Shown here: positions 52,035 through 64,000 of the stretch, one piece after another
Layout of the letters: every line of letters begins with the position of its first letter
Position numbering within the stretch: position 1 is the stretch's first letter
Assembly: GCF_032191835.1 (NCBI RefSeq)
Contig: NC_083228.1
Span: 20,894,001 to 20,958,000 of the forward strand
From: Heteronotia binoei
Lineage: Eukaryota
Length of the DNA stretch: 64,000 nt
Reading direction: 5' to 3'
Notes under the pieces: model-generated
What the model saw: the letters and a program-made list of their open reading frames with translations, nothing else
What the model was told of the DNA's origin: nothing
The model's database searches: none
Translations under genes and position numbers: made by a program

Positions 52035-53049
52035 TTCACCTTAAAGACTAACAACATCTGTGACAGGGTATGGAGTCGGGAGTCCTCATACCTTGTGAGT
52101 AGTGACTCACAAAAGCTCCTTATCCTGCCACAAATTGTGTTAGTCTTTAAGATGCTACTGGACTCCTGCTTTTTTCTACTGCTACAGACGGACTAACACC
52201 TACAAAGATGTGGCAACCGAACCACACGAACAGAACACCTACAGAAAATGAGCATAGGCAAATAAGGCCCATGAACATTTTGTTTTCTACTACCAACTCA
52301 GGCAGTCTCACTCACACAGAGCATGTCTTCAGACAAATGCCCTTCCCCTTCCAAGATGTCTGCTAAGATGCCATTTCCTCCTTGCTGTGTTCCTGCAGTA
52401 CATTATCTACGGAACCAATCATTGCATTGCATAAAGCTGATTGAACAAAGTGCTCTTACTAGGCCGATAAGCACAAAGTGTTACCGAAACCACCATCCTA
52501 GCATTTTATAGCACTGGTCATGAGATGTTATGAAGAAAACATGCCCTGAAAAGAGAGGTGGGCATTTGAATAAATATTCTTGAATGTGAAAACACGCTTT
52601 CCCCTTTAAAACCAAGCTAGCAAACTGAAGAGTTGTTTCCAATCAATACTTCCTGACGCTACAACCGAAAAGCTGATACATCAGTGTGTTTTTAACCACA
52701 ACATAAATCATGCTGATGTGGGAAATTCCAGCCAAGTTGCTAATGGGAGATCTATTGCTCTTACGCTGATGGGTTAGCTTTTGTATTTAGACTGTACTGG
52801 GGGGGGGGGCCTTCTGGAAGGTTCCCCTCACCCACCCGTGATACTACTGTGAATCCAGTATCTAAGCTCCCTACACTACAATAGCAAAGGTTTAACAATG
52901 CATGCACTCAGGCATTGCAACAGAGACAGCTTGCTGAACAGTCATGCGACGGCATAACACTGCACCAATCAGGGCCCCTGAAAGTCTGCACAAATGCTCC
53001 ACAAAGAGCAAGACACAGGCCTGACTCCACCCAGGCAGTTCCAAAGACT

Positions 53050-53530
53050 TAACTTTTTTTTAATTAAGATAACAAAATAATATATACAGAAAAACACACA
53101 CAATTTGGTACTTTTTTATACAATATCAAAAGTCACTGCATAGCTAAAAACATATTAAGCTTCTATCGTAATGATTTTTAGGAATTATATCCTGTTCTGC
53201 CATATAATTTAACAAAGGATGCCATATTGGTACAACTTTGTTATGATACTGATCAGGTGGTGCACGGGAAAGATTATATGCCATTTTGTACATAATGAAA
53301 TGTTCCCAGTTTTTTCCATGCCATAATTTTAAATTTGGTGTAAAATGATCTATCCACTTTGGCTGCAATAAGTCAGTCTGGCTGTAGATAATAAAACTGG
53401 TTTTGATTTATGAATTCTAGAGTCTATTCTTTTATTCAAAAGTAGAGTCTCAGTCAAAAAAGGGTATGGAATAACCTGTTATGTTTTTTTATTTGCAGAC
53501 AAATTTTGTGCCAAAATGCTTGTATTTTAG
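53050..53530 (-). mobile_element. L1/Tx1-type LINE 3' end
   Basis: W..HF.P.LKLWH.K.WE..MYK......W.P.LNY resembles the L1 ORF2 C-terminus. An A-rich tail follows on the minus strand. Confidence 0.6.
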
Positions 53531-54756
53531 TGCAGGCCCACCCACAACCTAAGAAATTTGCCGGGCTACTGCATTTCTTTCTGCATAATATATCATATCT
53601 CTTATTGATTTTATTTAAAGTGGTTGGTGGAAGGTATCAACGCATCGCTTCTTAAACTGGGGGTGGGGGGAGGCTCCCCACTGCTTTCCCACCCTTCCTG
53701 AAATGTCTCAGGAACAGAATAAAGGGAGTAGTGGGGGACTGCACTAAAAATTGCCATCCCCTCTTTCAAAAACCTAAGTATCCTTCAGTCTTCAGAACCT
53801 GTGATGCAGATCACAGTGTCCAACACCGTGAGTAAGCTCTGTAAAGCTTCAAATCAAGCAAATCCACGCAAAACTGCACCATCTGCCCTTCCGCAGAATA
53901 AACATTCTGTGGATATGGAATCCTGTTCTAGAGTTTCTGGATGACATTTTCATAGGTAACGCAATGATATAAGTTTGGGGAAACAGTGAAAAATACTAAA
54001 TAGATGGAGCAAGGACTCAACACCCAAGGAACCTAAGAAACATTTTTAACATCCTTTGCAACTCAACTAACTTTTGCTTTCAAAGCCTACTTCCTGATAG
54101 ATTATATCTTGAATTCATGTTGCTGTTGAAGAGCTTTTTCGTTTGATTCTCAGGGATTCCTTGCTCGGTCCACATTCCTGCAGTCGACAACAGTCCCAGA
54201 CTCCCAAACATAATGTGATCAACTTGAGTTTCCCCCAAAGGAAATTACATGCAAATTAAAAAAGGAATAGCAGCCTGAAGAAGCAAGGCACCATCTGGAT
54301 CCACACACCTCTAGTTAATTTAGTGTGTGCAATTTAACCACTTACTCCAGATGTATTGTTAAGCATAAAGCAAGTGCTGTTATTCATAGTGCCCAAAGGG
54401 CCCAAGGATTTCTTCTCCTTTGGAAAATGTACATTTTAGATAAGGCTGTCATTGTTCTCAACCCTTTCTTAAAGATTTCTTAAATGAACTGACTGGATTT
54501 TTAACTGATTACATGATTAAACACTACTGAGTTTCCTAAAAACGATTTTTAGATATGAAAAAATGCTGCTTCTTTCTGTAGCGTGATTCAAGGAAATTTA
54601 CTGGTATTATCAGATGATAAAAGTTATTATTGGAAAAAAAACTTTTCAATTTAAAGCAGAACAGAATCCATGGAATATTTCCCAACACACTGGAGCCAGG
54701 ATGAAATGAAAAACAATCAGGTTCAAGGAAGGTCTTTACAGTGTTATGAAAAAGTA

Positions 54757-54988
54757 GAAGATGACGACTGCAGATTTATACCCCGCCCTTCTCTCTGAAT
54801 CAGAGACTCAGAGCGGCTTACAATCTCCTGTCTTCTCCTCCCACAACAGACACCCTGTGAGGACAACTCCTGCAAGAGCTGTGGCTGACCCAACGCCATT
54901 CCAGCAAGTGCAAGTGGAGGAGTGGGGAATCAAACCTGGTTCTCCCAGATAAGAGTCCGCACACTTAACCACTACACCAAACTGGTTC
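54757..54988 (-). mobile_element. Squam3-like SINE with an internal deletion
   Basis: Head and tail are present, and the CORE region is shortened. Confidence 0.8.
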
Positions 54989-55453
54989 TCAAAGGCAGTG
55001 AGATCAATGAGCGATGAGAAGGAAGGAAGGAAAAGTTAGCAGAAATTGATTTAACCATGATTTGTACTTTGGAAACCATCAACCGTTGATAGCTGGAAAA
55101 GTATTGATATTTATCAACTGAGCACAGCCTGCTTTCAGGTCACAGTAGCAACAAATATTAAAAGGAAAGACAAACTCATATTTCTTGATAATGGATACCA
55201 ACTGGCAAAGATATTGCCAAATTTATTCTTCATCATACTTGGCACAGATATGTCTTTTTAGAAGAATTCTGGAACAGTGTCAGGTGCTGGTTCAGTATCC
55301 TATATCCTGATTGGCCACTACTCTTCAAGATCCCAGGCACCAATCCCGCCCCTCGCCCAGCCTCAGTACCTGAGAGCCTTTTAACTGGAGTTCCAGGAAC
55401 TGAACCCAAGACTGCCTGCAAGACCAGTATCCAGTCTGTCTCAGTGTTTACAG

Positions 55454-55624
55454 CTTCTAGTGTCATGGCCCCACTAATGTAGAGGGCTTCTAGTGTCCTG
55501 GCCCCATTGATGGACCTTCTGATAGCATCTGCTTGTTTGGGGTTTTTTGGCCACTGCGTGACACAGAGTGTTGGACTGGATGGGCCGTTGGCCTGATCCA
55601 ACATGGCTTCTCTTATGTTCTTAA
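55454..55624 (+). mobile_element. CR1 3' end
   Basis: GGCCTGATCCAACATGGCTTCTCTTATGTTCTTA tail. Confidence 0.8.
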
Positions 55625-56052
55625 GTACACAGTGTGCTGGTTTCTTTTCAGCCAATTTAGGGGGGGCTGTAGTGTGTCTGAATATACAGTCAGAGGAACT
55701 GAACAGATATTAAAACTGAATGATTAAACCACTACCTGATTTGCACAAGTTTGTAAAGTGCATGTGTCCAAATTAATTTAACTGTTTTTCTATAGTGATA
55801 CATAAAGAAGCCCTTACATTTGTAAGGATGGAAATCTGCTTTGCCCTGGCGAGATGATCAAAAGATCACGCTGGCTGAAAAGTCTGTCCAGCCTACCTGA
55901 ATCAGCTTTCACGGAACCACTCAATAGGGAGTTTTATGTCACTGCTGATATATTACCTCCAATACGGCTATGGATTTGGCTTCAAGCAGCCTCAGTCATT
56001 ATGAAGTGGAAAGGCTTTACCAAGATCATAAGCTTGTTATGATACTCATTGC

Positions 56053-56237
56053 CAGGGCTTTTTTTTGTAGCAGGAACTCCTTTGCATATTAAGCCACACA
56101 CCCCTGGATGTAGCCAATCTGTCAAGAGCTTACAGGGCTCTTAGTACAGGGCCTACTGTAAGCTCCAGGAGGACTGGCTACATCAGGGGTGTGTGGCCTA
56201 ATATGCAAAGGAGTTCCTGCTACAAAAAAAGGCCTTG
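56053..56237. mobile_element. Palindromic hAT MITE, family A
   Basis: The whole element is an imperfect inverted repeat. TSD CTCATTGC on both sides. Confidence 0.85.
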
Positions 56238-57402
56238 CTCATTGCCATTGGGAAGGAGGATGGGGTATAAATGAAATACATTTAAATATAAATTTTTACT
56301 TATATTGCTGCTACATATTTACCACTTTGGGGTGTTCATTTGTAGGAACAATCAGTCTTTTGAACAAATGTGAGACACGAAGCATCTAAAATGTATGAAC
56401 TTTCTCCCTTCCTCATATACCAGGGAAGGCCCCGGAACTTCCAAGCCCTTTAGTCCCACACAAAGGCCCTGCCACCCCACCAGTGTCAGTAGGTCCACGG
56501 CTCACTGTGCAGAAGTAAACACCATTTTTTCATTGCTGTGTGCAACTGACAGGCTGACTGACTTAATAAGCACATGCAAAACTTTTAAACACTCTAAGCT
56601 CTTGCATAAGCAAACAGTGTCAATAAAAACATCTGTAAGGCACATATTGTAAACACGTTATCGGGAAAGCCGTGTATTAGTAAAAACAGAATTAAACTGC
56701 CATATCCAGAGAAAAGCATGGCCAGCAGTTTTTGGCTACGGTTTATACATAACTGCAAGTGTTATGTTCTTCAACACCTGTGGCCAGCCATGCCTTCCTG
56801 TATTTACAAAACACAGGGTTTTGAATGCTATCTAGCCACAAACGGAACAGGAGTGGGGTGTGTGTGTGTTTTAGACTGCCTTACCCTTCCCACTGTCTCC
56901 TGCAAAGCTGCTTCTGATGGTAGAATAGGCCCTGGAAGAGGCATGGCACAAAGGACAACCAAAAAGTGAAAAGCAGCAGAAACCACTGCACAAAAGACGT
57001 GGAGCACCCCCTGAGCAGCGGGAGATTTTTTGGGAGGGAGCGATACGATAGGGGGCTCCAGTGGGACAGAAAAGGCAAAAAGGTGGTTATGAGAATCTCC
57101 TCCATTTTCAATACCACAGGATACAACTCAGTGTTTTAACCGCAGCCCCAAGAAATAGGCAAGCCCAAAGCTATAACCTTATCCAGAGGCAAACACCACT
57201 TAACACAGTAGGACTGGGATGCACAGCTCACAGGCTAAAGCATGCTAGCCCTCCTCTCTTCCGTGGACTTACAGCATGCTTCCTTTTTCTGCTTTCAAGA
57301 TCTCATAAGGGCTCTAACTTTAACAATACGCACCCTCCAGTCACCCTCCTTCTAACTCGATATGTACCCTCCGGCCACCTTCCTTCTAACTCCATCCTAT
57401 CA

Positions 57403-57642
<240 letters not shown>

Positions 57643-57748
57643 TCAAAGCACAAAAACTTTCCTATGGTGGACTGGATCAAACTTTAAATGTTCCTATGTT
57701 TCTTTTGCTACTTCAGCCTCAAAAGGTACTTGATATCAAAATTAAGAC

Positions 57749-57926
57749 CAGGACTTCTTTTGTAGCAGGAACTTCTTTGAATATTTGGCCACACACCCCT
57801 GATGTAGCCAAGAGCTTACAGGGCTCTTAGTACAGGGCCTCCTGTAAGCTCCAAGAAGACTGGCTACATCAGCGGCATGTGGCCTAATAGGCAAAGGAGT
57901 TCCTGCTACAACCCCCCCCCCCCCCG
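57749..57926. mobile_element. Palindromic hAT MITE, family A
   Basis: TSD ATTAAGAC/ATTAACAC. Lies about 155 nt upstream of the exon 2 acceptor. Confidence 0.8.
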
Positions 57927-59345
57927 ATTAACACCAAAGTCTGGTAACTTTGCCCCCACCAATATATTTGCATATGGAGATACTGTCTGCCAGATTTGTA
58001 AAATTAAGTTCTAATTTTTTTTTTTTAAATGATGTATTTAGTACTGCATCTCCCCTAAGAAAAGCACTGCACACCAGCAGCGCCACAGACTGTCAAACAC
58101 AACTCTGAAGCAAGGTGCCTATGAGGCTGTGCATGCATCTACTGGGCTCCTGGAAAGAGTGTGTTTTTAAATCCTCACGCAGACAGCAGGTGTTACCATG
58201 CCGCGTACATCAAACCCGTGTGCAGAAACCTATTTTGCCACACAGACTGCAAGTTCCAGTTCCTGAAACACAATGCAAGCATTTCAGCCGGTTAAAATGC
58301 AACCAAGACGCAGGCCAGCCAGATGTGCCACGAAATGCAGGCTCTCTTATTACACCCCCCAACCTCTCTTAGGAAGGGCATCTGACTATCATCCAAAGCA
58401 GTTCTTCACTTCCATCTCTTTAAGTACTCAAACAAAGGGGGTGAGACATGGCAGCTTTGAAGAACCACAGCTAATTTGTTCCCCACAACATAGCCTTCTA
58501 AAACCACAGGTAAGAGGGCTGGGGGGGGGGGGGGCAGTAATTCAAACAATGGAATGCTTTGTGTGACATTAATATGATGGAAACAATGGCCAAGGGTGAA
58601 GTGTAGGAGACTCCATTCCTACTAAGTTTAGATCTGGGCTCATGCTCATCATAGTCAGGGAAGCAGCACACTAGTCTAAACAGGGCCGGACAGCAGGCTG
58701 TTCCCTGTAACCTGGCAAGGCACAGTTCTCAGGTTCCATCCAGGCTCGGAAGCTGCCAGCAGGGATGGCTCATGTGGGTCTGGACCAGACCTCTCACTGG
58801 CCATCTAACCTCAGCAAGCAACGCAAGCAGCCTACTCATGGGAGCAAAGGAACTTTTGACAAGTGCGTCCAAAGAAGCTGGAGCAGCTGCTTCTGCAGGC
58901 ATTAGATATACTAGGGATCTCCTTTCACAGAAGGCACCCCTCCCTGACTTCTGTGACTATTCTTACCAGGTGTTAACGCGGCTCGCTTGAAAAGATCACA
59001 CACACAAACAGTTATTTGCAAATGTCAGCTGGCTACCGGAGCACCCAAACCAGTTATCCAATTGCTCTTAAAGCAAGCCAAGAGGGGAAAGTGACCAATT
59101 CCCATCAGCAAACTGAAGACAGGGGAAGTGTGTGTGTGTGAACCCCCTTCTGATTCTCCTCTCCCCAGCCAGCCCTGGAATAGCAAATTCTTTATTGTGA
59201 TAAAGGTGACAGCCATGTAACTAACTTATTAGTCTTTTAGTTTACTAACTAAAATAAATAAATAAATAATAAGTTATAAACAAATAACTAATAAGTTACG
59301 TTTAGTAACTAACTTATTGGTCTATTAGTTTAATTAGTCTTCTTA

Positions 59346-59630
59346 GAGAACCAGTTTGGTGTAGCGGTTAAGTGTTTGGACTCTTATCTGGGAGAACCGG
59401 CTTTGATTCCCCACTCCTCTACTTGCACCTGCTGGGAAGGCCTTGGGTTAGCCATGGCTATTGCAGGGGTTGTCCTTGAAAGGGCAGCCGCTGTGAGAGC
59501 CCTCTAAGCCCCACCAACCTCACAGGGTGTCTGTTGGGGGGGAGGAGGATAAAGGAGATTGTGAACCGCTCTGAGACTTGGAGTGGAGGATGCGATATAA
59601 ATCCAATGTCGTTGTCGTCTTCGTCTTCTT
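59346..59630 (+). mobile_element. Squam3-like SINE
   Basis: A box TGGTGTAGCGG, B-box-like GCTTTGATTCC, (TCG/TCT)n tail. Confidence 0.8.
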
Positions 59631-59719
59631 AATCTGTTAAAAAGCTTCATTATTCTGTATGCTAATTTACTGCCCACCTCCTATGCGTAAGATTCTGTTT
59701 CTATTTAATTCTGTCTAAG

Positions 59720-59838
59720 GAAGTGTGTGCACACACAAAAGCTCAGACCTTGAATAAAATTTCACTGGTCTTAAAGGTGGTAATTGGACTCTAACTTTAT
59801 TCTATTGCTTCAGACTAACATGGCTAACCGCCTGGATC
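59720..59838 (+). mobile_element. Degenerate Penelope-like hammerhead-bearing remnant
   Basis: AAGTGTGTGCACACACAAAAGCT...GAATAAAAT...GGTCTTAAAGGTG...CAGACTAACATGGCT. Confidence 0.55.
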
Positions 59839-60857
59839 TAAATCCTTTATTAATACCTTTCCTCAAAGCCAGTGCTTCCTTGACAGATATTTCACTGAAA
59901 ACTGAACACCCTGTTAAAGTCAGTGTCCCTGATTTTGCAAAAACCATCGCTTTTTCTGCATCACTCTCTTCGCAGGTGTTCATGTCTGCACAAACACGGC
60001 ATGCCATCTGTGCAGCAACTCCTGCGCAAGCTGAGAAGAAATCACAGTTTCACCTCCTCCTCCTCCTCCTCTTCCCATTTTTGTAAACATCTGATTCCTT
60101 TTGTCTGGACTGAAGTCTTCAAAAAATCACCTATCTCACTGCCTTAACTACAGCTGTCATTTCCATCTCTGCTCCAGCTCCGCTGCAATCTGAACTGTCT
60201 TTAAGAAGGGCTGCTGTCAAGATGAAGAGTGATTCAAGAGAGCGCCTGTGCCATCTGCTTTTTTGCAACTTGTTCTAGAGCACATCATAAACAGCCGGAA
60301 CACCCCAAACCTCTCGTATCTCCAGTTACATCTCCCTTTCTGGGTTTTAATGAGAGGGAAGTTAAGATCTATATCAAGGGGCACAAACACTTTTAGGTTG
60401 TCACTTGTAATGTCTATAATATAATCACTGCAAAGGATACTGCCTCTATTTTATTTAATTTATGCATAACTTTTCTCTCTAATCAGGACCCGCAGAGACT
60501 TAAATCATATTGTTCTCCCTGCCCCTGATGAAGCCACATTTTAAATGAAATGCATAGCTGGTCAGGTCTTCTGCGGGGCAAAAGCCCCATAGGTCCCTGT
60601 CCACTTTCTAAAAACACCTTGTTGGGCACCTGGAAAAGTGTTGGCAGACAACACAGTGCCCATGGGCAGCGCATCAAGGGTCCTTGCACTAACCAATACA
60701 CCATCCCAGTTCTTTCCAGCTCCTTCAGCCTGCCACATGTCCTGGTTGAAAGGAGAGAAGCACTGTGAAATGTTAGGTGAGGCATTAAAATACCTGAACC
60801 TTAAGTATACTAAATAGTAGACTTGGCAGCACTTTATCCATTAGGGTTATGAACTTG

Positions 60858-61146
60858 GAGAGCCAGTTTGGTGTAGTGGTTAAGTGTGCGGTCTCTTATC
60901 TGGGAGAACCGGGTTTGATTCCCCACTCCTCCACTTGCACCTGCTGGCATGGCCTTGGGTCAGCCATAGCTCTGGCAGGGGTTGTCCTTGAAAGGGCAGC
61001 TGCTGTGAGAGCCCTCTCCAGCCCCACCCACCTCACAGGGTGTCTGTTGTGGGGGAGGAAGGTAAAGGAGATCGTGAGCCGCTCTGAGACTCTTCGGAGT
61101 GGAGGGCGGGATATAAATCCAATATCTTCTTCATCTTCATCTTCTT
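60858..61146 (+). mobile_element. Squam3-like SINE, full length
   Basis: A box TGGTGTAGTGG, B box GGTTTGATTCC, (TCT)n tail. Confidence 0.8.
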
Positions 61147-62099
61147 AAGAAAAGGCCAATACAACACGGGACAATTATGCGTCTGGTCTAGCGTCCTGCT
61201 CTCCACAATGCCCAACCAGAAGATGTAGAAAAGCCCACCAACAGAGGCACAGAAGGCAAAGTCTTCCTCCCTACAGCAACTGTTATTCAGGGGTATACAC
61301 TGCCTCTCATGCTCCACGAGTACTGACAGATCTATAGACCACGAACTGCTTAGTCCCCAGCAAGGCTTTTTTTAATAGAAAAGGCTCAGCAGGAACTCAT
61401 TTGAATATTAGGCCACACCCCCTGGTGTCACCATTGTTTTGCGATGGAGCTTTTTTGGTAGAAAAAGCCCAGAAGAAACTCATATGCATATGAAGTCATA
61501 TCCGCTGACACCAAACCAGCCAGAACTGCGTTCTTGTGTTCCTGCTAAAACAGGAAGCTCTGGTCCCCAGTGAGAGATTTAGTTTACCTTTCAGAGTTCT
61601 TATACAGCCCTTTGCACAAAAGCATATTGCCCCAGGAACAGTGAGAAACTGAGTTAAAATATTTTTTAAAGCAAGAAACAGGTAAAGCATACCATAAGAT
61701 CTGTAATATACCTCTGATTTCATGGCAAATTAGTCTTACATGCAGCCTTCACCGTTGGATGCAGAGAACACAATCTCCAACCAAGAAACTGTTCTAATAC
61801 AGGTCCTTCAAGATTCTTTATAAATTATATCAGGTACAATCATTTTTTCTCTCTCAGACATTCCTTGTCTGAACATTGGCATTAAATGGCATTAAATGGG
61901 CCTCATCCCCCTTATCAATCCTTTTTAAAACTTTCATTCTGTTACCCACCTGAAAGGAAATACTCATTTTTATCAACATTAACAAAAATCAATCCAAATT
62001 TTAAAGGGCCGCTGTTGCAAAGCACTGTGGACCAGCTCAGGCAGACCCCTAAAAATTTTCTTTTGGAATTTTTTTGTAAATCACTTTGTTTCAGATCAC

Positions 62100-62400
62100 A
62101 ATTTGAAGTTCTGGTTCTTACCTTTACAGTCCTTAATGGTTTGGGGCAGTGCCCATGAACCACCACCTCCTCCCATATTGTCCAACCTATCAGTTGAGAT
62201 CAGACTCAGAAGCTCTGCTCTCTGTTCCTCTACCTTCAGAGGTGAGGCAGAAAGTTACTAGAGGCAGGACTTTTTTGGTGTTGTTACCCTGCCCATAGAT
62301 CACCTTTTCCCCTTGAGACCCACATGGTGCCTACTTTCTTTTAGGTGCCAGGTCAAAACATTTCTGTATACCCAGGCTTTCAACAAAGGGACTGGCTTTT
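62100..62400 (+). mobile_element. L2 3' fragment
   Basis: QFEVLVLTFTVLNGLG and the downstream L2-type pattern. Confidence 0.6.
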
Positions 62401-62415
62401 TGAACATTGTTTTAT

Positions 62416-62693
62416 AGAGCCAGTCTGGTGTAGTGGTTAAGTGCATGGACTCTTATCTGGGAGAACCGGGTTTGATTCCCCACTCCTCCACTTGCAGCTG
62501 CTGGAATGGCCTTGGGTTAGCCATAGCTATTGCAGGAGCTGTCCTTGAAAGGGCAGCTGCTGTGAGAGCCCTACCAGCCCCACTCACCTCAAAGGGCGTC
62601 TGTTGTGGGGGGAGAAGATATAGGATATTGTAAGCTGCTCTGAGTCTCTGATTCAGAGAGAAGGGCGGGGTATAAATCTGCAATCTTCTTCTT
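62416..62693 (+). mobile_element. Squam3-like SINE, full length
   Basis: Same features as 60858-61146. Confidence 0.8.
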
Positions 62694-63419
62694 TTAAGCC
62701 TGAGAACTCTTTTTAATCCACTTCACATTTTATGCTCTCCATTATTTTTTAATGGTGGGTTTTAACAACTGTTTTATGTGTAAGTTTTAATTTGTAAGCC
62801 ATCTGAGGCAGCTTCCTTGGCTACATAGAAATTTTCCAGCTAAATACAAAAAACAAATTGAAACATTTTGGAAAGGCCATCGATACTGTTTCACTCAGTT
62901 TTGGGAACAGTGATATTTTCCCAATTAAAACAAAAACATTTTCCCCAACGCAACTCCCCACTGCAGCATCAATGCTCCCCCTATTTACTCACGCCCTTCC
63001 TTAGGGCCAACTTTAAGAATCCCTAAAGATCCCTTTTACAACAGTAACAACCCGTTATCCTCCTATTCCAAAGCAACCTGAGGGAGCCAAAAAGGCTTCA
63101 TGTTGTTTTGGTTGCCAAGAACATCTTGATCCTACAATTAGTGGCAAGACAGTCAGTCTTTTTAAAAGGTGCTGGGAGTCTAGAGTCCTCTGTACTCTTT
63201 AGCACCTGCCAAGAATGCTCTGGCATACCACATTCTCCCCACCACTTACTCCCAGTACAGCTTGCACCACCTAGAGATGTGGGGCAGAAATTTCTCCAGC
63301 ACTTTCTTTTTCCATTGAAAATTTTCCATTTCTAAACTCATAAAACTAAGAACAGTAATGGATGCCATCACTAATATTAGGCAAGAAGAAGTGAGCAGTG
63401 ACTCACGAAAGCTCATAAC

Positions 63420-63591
63420 TAGGGGTGGAATTCTAGCAGGAGCTTTTTTTGCATATTAGGCCACACACCTCTGGTGTAGCCAATCCTCCAAGAGCTTACA
63501 AAGCTCTTTTTTGTAAGCTCTTGGGGAATTGGCTACATCAGGGGGGCGGGGCGTAATATGCAAAGGAACTCCTGCTAGAATTTCACCCCTG
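63420..63591. mobile_element. Palindromic hAT MITE, family A variant
   Basis: TSD CTCATAAC. Inserted into a Penelope-like remnant. Confidence 0.85.
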
Positions 63592-64000
63592 CTCATAACC
63601 TGCCACAAATTTTGTTAGTCTTTAAGGTGCTAGTGGATTCTTCAACCTTTTCTGCGGTAGTCCCAAGCGTGGGCAGAGGCATACACACAGATACATACAG
63701 GGGGCCAAATGAGTTGTTTGGGCCCTGACTTGACTCCTTGACCTACCCAATAAGCTGCAGTCACAGGGAGTGATGAGGAATTTTACCTGGTGCAGCCGGG
63801 CAGTGAAACAGAGGCAGCCCAGGGGAAGGAAACTGCCTCAGCTACTAGAGCAGAGGGACCATGGGAAAAACCACGGCAAAAGAGTGCAGCCAGGCCTGAG
63901 GTGCTTGCCAATGACCTTGAAGCCAACACATGGAGTTTTCAAGGCAAGAGATGAGCCCTGAAGTGGCGAGAGGGCTTCTGCGGTTCAGTGAGGCTGTGGG

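Noticed and set aside
56079-56209. Octamer sites in family A MITEs
   Set aside because: The motif is CTTTGCAT/ATGCAAAG, not the canonical ATTTGCAT, and there is no other support.

Overview
Vertebrate genomic DNA, very probably from a squamate. The SINE repertoire (Sauria SINEs plus abundant MIR-like SINEs) is most consistent with a gecko, but the species cannot be determined from sequence alone. The only recognisable gene is CCDC6 on the minus strand. Eight coding exons (equivalent to human exons 2-9, 57594 down to the stop at 17990) join in frame through canonical GT-AG junctions and give 372 aa plus stop. Exon 1 lies beyond the right edge. A 3' UTR runs to an AATAAA near 16572. The rest is transposon-derived: Sauria SINEs, MIR/Squam3-like SINEs, a tRNA-headed SINE, CR1/L2/L1 fragments, several hAT MITE families with readable 8-bp target-site duplications (TSDs), and a Tc2-like element carrying a 97-bp dimeric CpG-rich array. 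There are two assembly gaps. The most interesting layer is a set of short Penelope-like elements carrying minimal hammerhead-ribozyme motifs. One is a complete ~236-bp inverted unit with a 12-13 bp TSD, and its intact core is on the CCDC6 pre-mRNA strand. Near-perfect palindromic MITEs flank exons 2 and 3. No database search or folding was run, so family names come from recalled consensus features and are hedged accordingly.
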